This document shows positions 1-7,221 of a stretch of 42,455 nt of DNA, piece by piece (position 1 is the first letter of the stretch; each line of letters starts with the position of its first letter). The translations under genes and the position numbers were made by a program. Under the pieces are notes generated by a model, which searched no databases, was not told where the DNA came from, and saw only the letters and a list, made by a program, of their open reading frames with translations. The stretch is from Flavobacteriales bacterium (GTDB lineage: Bacteria; Bacteroidota; Bacteroidia; NS11-12g; UBA955): NCBI GenBank assembly GCA_947472115.1, contig CANIZU010000001.1, positions 1 to 42,455 on the forward strand. Reading direction: 5' to 3'.

Positions 1-33
1 AAGGGGTCGTGAGTTCGAATCTCGCCATCCCGA
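1..33 (+). tRNA. 3' portion of a tRNA, probably tRNA-Pro (truncated by window edge)
   Basis: T-arm GTGAG-TTCGAAT-CTCGC (9-25), then acceptor 3' strand CATCCCG and discriminator A. The CATCCCGA end resembles Pro tRNAs. The anticodon lies outside the window, so identity is inferred. Confidence 0.8.
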
Positions 34-44
34 CCCAGTAAAAT

Positions 45-80
45 CAAGGCCTCAGAGAGATTTGGGGCCTTGCTGTTTTT
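45..80 (+). terminator. Intrinsic terminator after the tRNA
   Basis: Stem CAAGGCCTCA (45-54) / TGGGGCCTTG (63-72) with G-U pairing, followed by CTGTTTTT. Confidence 0.7.
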
Positions 81-84
81 GGCC

Positions 85-106
85 GGTTCAAACATGGTTC
101 AAACAT
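85..106. repeat. Perfect 11-bp tandem direct repeat (GGTTCAAACAT x2)
   Basis: Read directly at 85-95 and 96-106. Confidence 0.9.
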
Positions 107-310
107 TTTATATAAATTCCCGGAAATTGTTTAAGCGGTAATAAAAATTATGGCAAAAATCGGTTACCTATTTGGAGAATTTGAAGTATCTATCATATGT
201 TTGAAAATGAATTGGTTAGATTAGTTGGATGGTTTGCCTAATTAGCACTGATCCTAGATCTTTCCAAAAGCCTAAGAAATATACAACCAGACTCCCCAAA
301 CTTCGTACTA

Positions 311-1861
311 ATGCCACAGAAAAAACACTCCATTTCCGCCGGCCTTTTCTATTTGGCAATGGTTCTATTCACAGCAAATCCACTATCCGCACAAACCAAA
401 AAATATCCTGCGGCCAAGAGCTTGTTGCGACAAGAATTCCACCCTGAGGAAGGCTTCGTTAACTTGCGTGCTCTTCAATTAGGGAAAGAGGGTGTACTAC
501 TTACATCGGAAACCTATAAAATAGAAAGAGGTGAAATGCGCTACCACTATGATATCGTCAATACCGACCTTAAAATTGTCAAAGAAAATATTCTAATTGT
601 GGACAGGGTGTTTATTGGTACGGGGATGAATCAAAGAGCATTTTTGGGACAAACCAATTATCATCACTTGTTTTTTGGTAAAAAGAACTTTATCCTGCAC
701 ACTGTGCCTCGGTCAGGATTGGAAGATGCTACCGAAGTGCATGGGTCTTTTCCCATCGAAGGTGTTATTCAATTCGTCGCATCTCTGCCAGAGAAATTGG
801 TCCTTGTATTTAGGAGCAAATCGGCGGTTTCTTTAGTATTTGTCGATTGGAAAACCGGAGATACCCACGTGACGCCGATAAAATTACCGGAGGAGGTCAA
901 AGCAAAGAAAGCAACCATTTTAAGTTTCCAAGAGATTACGAATATCAATGAATTTGCAGTAATCCTTAGAATCAATGAAAAAAGCGGGTACCACAATCAA
1001 TGTTTGATGTACTCACCCAATGGCGATTTGGTTAGAACCATTGAGATAACTCCAAAGCAAGACATTGTGTTGATTGAGTGTAAAATAACAGCAACAGACA
1101 AGACGAAATTCATTTTTTCAGGCACCTACAACAACAAATTGCAAAACAAAAAGTCGTTGTTGGCCGAAGGTTTCTTTTTCGCCGAAAGTGATACGCGCGT
1201 TTTAAAGTTTTTAACCCCAACCAATTTTCTTGATTTGGAGAATTTTACTGAATTCCTGTCGGATCGAAGGCAAAACAGCATCGATAAGCGTGTGGAAAGG
1301 GCAGAGAATGCGGGCAAGCAATTGACCATGGAATATTTGATGACAATACACCCCATTGTTAATTTGTCTGATGGTTATATGTTGGTGGGTGAAGCATTTT
1401 ATCCAACTTATGCCACCAAAGAGACTATGGTCAATGGAAAACCCGTTAGCAGAAACGTATTCGACGGTTACAGATACACACATGCCGTTGTTGTGAAGTT
1501 CGACGTCAATGGCAATCGCAAGATGGATCAATGTCTGCCATTAAAACTTGATTATAAGCCCAAAGAAGTTTTGAAATTTGTTGCGGTGAATGCATCGGTG
1601 CCAAACCAGATTTCCTTAAGTTATGTTACAGATAATATTTTGACATACAAGGTTTTCAACCAATCAGGCACGGAAATTTCACAGAATAAATGTGAGGTTG
1701 TAGCAACTGGAAGAGAAGATGAGCGACTAATTAGTACTACCGCGAATATGCGTCACTGGTACGATGCCAATTTTCTCGTATCTGGCTATCAGACCACCAA
1801 AGATCAAGATGGCGAAAGAACCAAGGTGTTCTTCCTCAACAAAGTACAGCTGGTGGAGTGA
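311..1861 (+). CDS. Secreted hypothetical protein (516 aa), beta-rich
   Basis: Long ORF with N-terminal signal peptide (..LFTANPLSA-Q). No recognisable catalytic motif. Visibly more AT-rich than the next gene. Confidence 0.8.
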   Translation: MPQKKHSISAGLFYLAMVLFTANPLSAQTKKYPAAKSLLRQEFHPEEGFVNLRALQLGKEGVLLTSETYKIERGEMRYHYDIVNTDLKIVKENILIVDRVFIGTGMNQRAFLGQTNYHHLFFGKKNFILHTVPRSGLEDATEVHGSFPIEGVIQFVASLPEKLVLVFRSKSAVSLVFVDWKTGDTHVTPIKLPEEVKAKKATILSFQEITNINEFAVILRINEKSGYHNQCLMYSPNGDLVRTIEITPKQDIVLIECKITATDKTKFIFSGTYNNKLQNKKSLLAEGFFFAESDTRVLKFLTPTNFLDLENFTEFLSDRRQNSIDKRVERAENAGKQLTMEYLMTIHPIVNLSDGYMLVGEAFYPTYATKETMVNGKPVSRNVFDGYRYTHAVVVKFDVNGNRKMDQCLPLKLDYKPKEVLKFVAVNASVPNQISLSYVTDNILTYKVFNQSGTEISQNKCEVVATGREDERLISTTANMRHWYDANFLVSGYQTTKDQDGERTKVFFLNKVQLVE

Positions 1862-1896
1862 TTCGTTCGTGGTGATGTTGTAATTTCACGACCGTA

Positions 1897-2928
1897 ATGA
1901 ATCAACTAGCAACCCCTATAGAATTTCGTTCCGATACCTTTACCAAACCCTCCGAACCCATGCTCCAAGCCATGTTTGCGGCTTCAGTGGGCGATGATGT
2001 TTTTGGGGAAGACGCCTCAGTGAATGCCCTCGAACGCAGTGTGGCCGAGTTTTTTGGGATGGAAGCGGGGCTATTTTGTCCGTCCGGCACCATGACCAAC
2101 CAAATCGCGATTCAAGTGCATACCCAACCCGGCGATGAGGTGATTTGCGAGGCCGGTTCACACGTCTATTATTACGAAGGCGGTGGCATCGCCAAGAATG
2201 CTGGGGCTCAGGTGAGGTTGGTGCAGGGTTCGTTCGGACGGATAACGGCAGCGCAGATTTTGCCCGTGATCAATCCCGACGATGTGCATCGCGCGCGGAC
2301 CCGTTTGGTGAGTCTCGAAAATACCTGCAATCGCGGGGGAGGGAGCTGTTATGATTTGGCGGAAATCGCAAAAATTCGTTCACTGTGCGATGCACATGGA
2401 CTTGGACTTCACCTGGATGGGGCCCGTTTGATGAATGCCATCGTAGCGAAACAAGAGGATCCCAAGGAGTATGGCAAATTATTTCATAGCATATCGTTGT
2501 GTTTGAGCAAGGGTTTGGGCGCGCCGGTGGGTAGCGTGTTGCTAGGGGATGCGACCTATATCAAACAGGCAAGAAGGGTGCGCAAAGTGATGGGTGGCGG
2601 GATGCGTCAGGCTGGGTATTTGGCAGCGGCCGGACTTTATGCGATGCATCACAACATCAATCGTTTGGCCGAGGATCATGCCCATGCGAAGCAGTTGGCC
2701 GATGCTTTGAAACAGTGCGATTGGGTGGGAGAAATCTTCCCTGTTGAAACCAATATTGTGATTTTTGAGGTTTCAGGCCCACGCACAGCCCATGAAGTGG
2801 TGTCGAAGTTGCTATCGCACAACATTCGGGTTTCGGCGATGTCGCCCACACACATCCGTTTTGTTACCCATTTGGATGTCACCCCGGAAATGATTCAACG
2901 CACCGTAGAGGTGTTGAATGGACTTTGA
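1897..2928 (+). CDS. ltaE: Low-specificity L-threonine aldolase
   Basis: Motifs FRSDTFTKP, GDDVFGED, PSGTMTNQ, LHLDGARL, PLP lysine in CLSKGLGAPVGS, GGGMRQAG. Confidence 0.93.
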   Translation: MNQLATPIEFRSDTFTKPSEPMLQAMFAASVGDDVFGEDASVNALERSVAEFFGMEAGLFCPSGTMTNQIAIQVHTQPGDEVICEAGSHVYYYEGGGIAKNAGAQVRLVQGSFGRITAAQILPVINPDDVHRARTRLVSLENTCNRGGGSCYDLAEIAKIRSLCDAHGLGLHLDGARLMNAIVAKQEDPKEYGKLFHSISLCLSKGLGAPVGSVLLGDATYIKQARRVRKVMGGGMRQAGYLAAAGLYAMHHNINRLAEDHAHAKQLADALKQCDWVGEIFPVETNIVIFEVSGPRTAHEVVSKLLSHNIRVSAMSPTHIRFVTHLDVTPEMIQRTVEVLNGL

Positions 2929-2930
2929 TT

Positions 2931-5267
2931 TTACCCGTGCTTGCGCAACTTCAAGATCACCATCTTGCTGGTAGGCGTGTTGCTCCTATCGGCCACGGAA
3001 TCAATCGGAACCAAAATATTCGCCTCCGGGAAATACGTTGCTGCGCAACCCAACGGAATGTTAAAGCTGATGATGATGAATTTTCGTGCCACGCGCTCAA
3101 TACCCCCGTGGAAATTGTATAAATCCACCAATTCGCCAGCCTCAAATCCCAATTTCTTGATGTCCTTCGGGTTCATAAAAATCACACGACGTTCATTCTC
3201 CACCCCGCGATATCGATCGTTTAAGCCATAAATGGTTGTGTTGAACTGGTCGTGACTTCGGATCGTCATCATCATCAATTCATCGTCTGCCACTGAAACG
3301 GGAACAGGGGTTGCCACGTTGAAATTGGCCTTGCCCGTTATCGTATTCCACTTGCCATCGCGGGCCGAGTTGGGCAAATAAAATCCGCCCATTTCACGCG
3401 CACGCTCGTTGTAGTTGTCGAACCCTGGGATACCGGCCTCAATCGCATCGCGAATGTGGTCGTAATGGGTCGCGTATTTATCCCAGGGAATCACACTCTT
3501 GCTACCCAATGTGGCCTTGGCCAAGCCAATTACAATCTGGGGTTCGCTGCGGAGATCGCCGGAGACGGGTTTGAGTTTTCCTTTCGACATCTGCACCACG
3601 CCCATAGAGTTTTCGCAGGTGATAAACTGGTGCTCGCCGTTGATAATATCGGAATCGGACCTGCCGAAACAGGGGAGGATGATGGCTTCTTTCCCGGTCA
3701 CCAAATGACTTCGATTCAACTTGGTAGACACCTGCACGGTGAGGTCGCAATTTTGCAACGCATCGGCTGTATATTCAGTATCGGGGCTCGCTGATAGGAA
3801 GTTTCCACCCATCGCGAAGAACACTTTCGCATCGCCTTTGTGCATCGCCTGGATACAATCCACCACATCGTAGCCATGGGCCTGTGGCGGGTGAAAACCA
3901 AACGCTTTTTCGATGCGATCCAAGAATGCCTGTGGCGGTTTTTCGTAGATGCCCATGGTGCGATCGCCTTGCACGTTGGAGTGGCCGCGGACCGGACAAG
4001 TACCTGCGCCTTCCTTGGCGATGCTGCCTTTGATGAGCAACAAATTCACGACTTCTTTGATCGTATCAACGGCATTTTTATGCTGTGTGAGACCCATCGC
4101 CCAACAAGCAATGATCTTGGTTTTGTCTTTGAGCGCCGCAACGGTTTCGTCGATTTGCCAGCGTCGAAGGCCGGTTTGTTCGATCAAATTGTCTAGCGAT
4201 TGCGCTTCGATATTATCCTTCCACTCGGCAAAACCTTGGGTGCTATTGGCGATGAAATTTTGGTCGAGCACGGTTCCTGGGGCTTTTTCTTCTTCAGCGA
4301 GTAACAACTTTTCGATGGCCTGTATTAACGCCATGTCGCCATTGAGCTTCACCTGCAAGAAAATATCCGTGAGGCGGGCTTTGATACCCAACGCGCCTTT
4401 CACCGATTGCGGATCAGAGAATGCGATTAGTCCGGTTTCAGGCAATGGGTTAATTGAAATAATGGTGGCGCCGCACTCCTTGGCTTTTTGCAATGCGCTG
4501 AGCATGCGGGGGTGGTTGGTGCCGGGGTTCTGACCGATGATCAGGATGGCTTCGGCCTTGTAAAAATCTTCTAGTTTCACCGAACCTTTTCCGATGCCCA
4601 CGCTTTCGTTGAGGGCCACACCGCTTGATTCGTGACACATGTTGGAGCAATCGGGGAGGTTGTTGGTGCCGTATTCGCGGGCAAACAATTGGTATAAAAA
4701 CGCGGCTTCGTTCGATGTGCGTCCGCTGGTATAAAACACCGCCTCATCGGGCGATTTGAGTTTATTTAGGTGGGTGGCAATTTTGCCAAAGGCATCGTCC
4801 CAGCTGATGGGGGTGTAGTGCGATGCACCTGCTGCGAGGTAAACGGGTTCTGCGATCCGTCCCTTTTTTCCGATTTCGTAATCGTTGAGCAAAGACAAAT
4901 CCGCCACGCTATTTTTGGCAAAAAACGAGGCTGTTAAACGTTTGGTGGTGGCTTCATCGGCTACGGCTTTGGCTCCGTTTTCACAGTATTCACCGATGGG
5001 AGATCGCTCATCGTCGGGGTCGGGCCAGGCACAACTGGGGCAATCGAAACCGCCTTTTTGGTTGAGTGCGAAGAGGGCTTTGGCACCACGGGCTAGGTTC
5101 ATTTCTTTGAGAACGTGCTGGACGGCCACTTTTACACCGGTAATTCCCGCCGCTGATGTGCTCGGTTTATGGAGTCGCAATTTGAGCAGTACCTCCGGAT
5201 TTTCGGCTTGTACGTGTGTGGTTGGCGTATCGTGAGAGGTGTTTTTGGTGTGGTTGTGATTGTCCAT
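2931..5267 (-). CDS. FdhF/YdeP family molybdopterin oxidoreductase
   Basis: GFDCPSCAWPD..EYCENGAKA, FYTSGRTSNEAAF, NNLPDCSNMCHESSG, GQNPGTNHPRM, RGHSNVQG, C-terminal RSHDQFNTTIYG. Confidence 0.92.
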   Translation of the reverse strand: MDNHNHTKNTSHDTPTTHVQAENPEVLLKLRLHKPSTSAAGITGVKVAVQHVLKEMNLARGAKALFALNQKGGFDCPSCAWPDPDDERSPIGEYCENGAKAVADEATTKRLTASFFAKNSVADLSLLNDYEIGKKGRIAEPVYLAAGASHYTPISWDDAFGKIATHLNKLKSPDEAVFYTSGRTSNEAAFLYQLFAREYGTNNLPDCSNMCHESSGVALNESVGIGKGSVKLEDFYKAEAILIIGQNPGTNHPRMLSALQKAKECGATIISINPLPETGLIAFSDPQSVKGALGIKARLTDIFLQVKLNGDMALIQAIEKLLLAEEEKAPGTVLDQNFIANSTQGFAEWKDNIEAQSLDNLIEQTGLRRWQIDETVAALKDKTKIIACWAMGLTQHKNAVDTIKEVVNLLLIKGSIAKEGAGTCPVRGHSNVQGDRTMGIYEKPPQAFLDRIEKAFGFHPPQAHGYDVVDCIQAMHKGDAKVFFAMGGNFLSASPDTEYTADALQNCDLTVQVSTKLNRSHLVTGKEAIILPCFGRSDSDIINGEHQFITCENSMGVVQMSKGKLKPVSGDLRSEPQIVIGLAKATLGSKSVIPWDKYATHYDHIRDAIEAGIPGFDNYNERAREMGGFYLPNSARDGKWNTITGKANFNVATPVPVSVADDELMMMTIRSHDQFNTTIYGLNDRYRGVENERRVIFMNPKDIKKLGFEAGELVDLYNFHGGIERVARKFIIISFNIPLGCAATYFPEANILVPIDSVADRSNTPTSKMVILKLRKHG

Positions 5268-5366
5268 GTTGAACTCGTAAACTCAAAAATACCAATTTCT
5301 TTTGGTGAACGCATCAAATCCTTTTCAACGAGGCATGAAAGTGTGCAATGGGCTGGAGGGTGGTGA

Positions 5367-5681
5367 CTACTTATCGCGCATCAAATCGAGTTCTACCTCT
5401 ATGTTTAGGGCCTGGGTTGAGGGGTGGTCCGATGAAAAAGCGATGCGATGGTTGGGCGTTTCCATCCAGATTTCGCGGGTGTTTTGGGCTAATGCGATGA
5501 TGTACTTTTGATCGGTAAAATGGGCTTCTGATTGCGCATGATGGCCAATTTTTAACACAAAAGTTAGGGTTTGCGTGGGGAAGGGGAGATGATTTTCCAA
5601 GGATTCGCCATTCAACAGTTGGGCAAGCTCGTTTTCCTGAATTCGGAATCGGATGTGGTTGTCTTTGATGCGAATTTTCAT
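5367..5681 (-). CDS. Small hypothetical protein (104 aa, MKIRIKDNHIRFRI...) in the Mo-enzyme cluster
   Basis: ATG at 5681 overlaps the fdhD stop (ATGA). The MKIRI..N.IRFR N-terminus resembles the small ORFs I recall between fdhD and fdhF/ydeP-like genes in Bacteroidota. Confidence 0.8.
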   Translation of the reverse strand: MKIRIKDNHIRFRIQENELAQLLNGESLENHLPFPTQTLTFVLKIGHHAQSEAHFTDQKYIIALAQNTREIWMETPNHRIAFSSDHPSTQALNIEVELDLMRDK

Positions 5682-6598
5682 ATTTCCACCCGTTGACTGT
5701 GGGTATAAATGTTGCATCGTTCGCCGCGCAAAAATCCGACGAGGGTGATGCCGAGTTCTTCGGCTAGGTCAATGGCAAGGCTACTCGGAGCACCCACTGC
5801 CGCAATCATCCTAATGCCGGCCATGGCCGCTTTTTGCACAAGTTCAAACGAGATTCGTCCGCTGAGTAATAGGATTTGGTCAGTGAGGGCGATAAAGGTT
5901 TCAGGCGCTTCCATGTTTGTTAACTCGCTGCGACTCGATTGATCCACTGTTTCCGATATTTTATGGTTACTCTTGACGTTGCTGCGCAGCCCTCCGCCGA
6001 TGAGTTTGTCGAGGGCGTTATGTCGACCTACATCTTCCGCCGTGGCGATAATATCTCCGTTGCGATGGAAGAGGGCGCAGCCGTGAATTCCGCCGGTATG
6101 TTCAAAGCTTGCTTGGGCATTTCTCAGGGCATCGGGCAGGCGAAAAAGGACGCTCGCATCCACTTTCCATTGGGTTTGAGGCAGGGCGATTTTGCATTTC
6201 ACTTGCACCGCATCGATGGATGCTTTGCCGCAGACGCCGCAACTGGACGTAGTATAAAAATGTCGTTCCATCGAATCCAAATCAACCACTACGCTATCGT
6301 GAAGTTCAATGGTGATGCTGCTTTGGTCGGGAGATTCTTGGGTGGAAATGATATCTTGGGCCGAAGAAATGATGCCTTCGGTGAACAAAAATCCCAGGGC
6401 GAGTTCTACGTCGTTGCCAGGGGTTCGCATGGTAATGGCGATATTCTTATCGGTGTTGGGTTCCAAATTTGCCCCGGTGAGTCTAATTTCTAGCGGTTCT
6501 TCCACGGCCACAAAATCATTAGTAGCGAGGGCGTTTCCGTGCTCCAATCGGGTGATTTCGGTGGGTGATATGCTTAGTTTGGTCGACAAGGATTGCAA
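5678..6598 (-). CDS. fdhD: Formate dehydrogenase accessory sulfurtransferase FdhD
   Basis: VAVEEPLEIRL, TMRTPGND.ELALGFLFTEG, TSSCGVCGK, TGGIHG, EDVGRHNALDKLIG, SGRISFELVQKA, APSSLA. Exact start uncertain. Confidence 0.93.
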   Translation of the reverse strand: MQSLSTKLSISPTEITRLEHGNALATNDFVAVEEPLEIRLTGANLEPNTDKNIAITMRTPGNDVELALGFLFTEGIISSAQDIISTQESPDQSSITIELHDSVVVDLDSMERHFYTTSSCGVCGKASIDAVQVKCKIALPQTQWKVDASVLFRLPDALRNAQASFEHTGGIHGCALFHRNGDIIATAEDVGRHNALDKLIGGGLRSNVKSNHKISETVDQSSRSELTNMEAPETFIALTDQILLLSGRISFELVQKAAMAGIRMIAAVGAPSSLAIDLAEELGITLVGFLRGERCNIYTHSQRVEI

Positions 6599-6618
6599 TT
6601 TAGTTCGTAAAATTCTTT

Positions 6619-7221
6619 TTAGCGAGGAAAATGGGTTTTATCGGGCGAGGGCTTTTCGTTGGGAAAATCAAAGCTTCGCAGCGATGCCAATTGGTCCGAC
6701 GTGGGAATCAAATAGTGGTGGGGTTGTTGTTCGATGAAGGCCCGGAGGCTGGATTGGGTTTCGGCGAAGGCGGGGAGGTGTTGCAGGATCGACATAGGGT
6801 AATAGGCCACGAGGGGGTCGATGATGCCGGTGATAGGGTTTTTATAGCAACAGATTTTGTTGTTCATGAGGCCTACGGCGAGGAGGTTTGATAGTATGTC
6901 TTCAGTGATGCTACGGTAATCGCAGCCAAGGACGATTAGGTGTGCATCGTTTACGGTGCCTATTGATGCCAAATAACTTAGCAATCCGGTCATGGGGCCT
7001 TTGTTTGCGAAAAGCGGATTGTCGTAAACTGTTTGCAATACAGGCGAGGTTTCTACGGGAATTTTTTGCTCTTCTCTGCAAGAAATATGCACGATGTCGC
7101 ACTGTGATGAGAGCCAATCCGCCGCGCGCAGCGCGGCGGATTGGCCCCCCACCGAAATCAAGGCCTTATCTGTTCCCATCCGCCGGCTTTCGCCGCCGGC
7201 TAGCACCAACCCCGCAATCAT
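6619..7221 (-). CDS. mobA: Molybdenum cofactor guanylyltransferase
   Basis: VLAGGESRRMGTDKA, KGPMTGL, LGCDY, PLVAYY. Adjacent to fdhD. Start overlaps the asmA stop (ATGA 7218-7221). Confidence 0.85.
   Translation of the reverse strand: MIAGLVLAGGESRRMGTDKALISVGGQSAALRAADWLSSQCDIVHISCREEQKIPVETSPVLQTVYDNPLFANKGPMTGLLSYLASIGTVNDAHLIVLGCDYRSITEDILSNLLAVGLMNNKICCYKNPITGIIDPLVAYYPMSILQHLPAFAETQSSLRAFIEQQPHHYLIPTSDQLASLRSFDFPNEKPSPDKTHFPR

Noticed and set aside
150..224. 24-aa ORF MAKIGYLFGEF... resembling the start of a serine resolvase (MKIGYARVS)
   Set aside because: It lacks the catalytic ARVS motif, only about 5 residues match, and it is too short to support.
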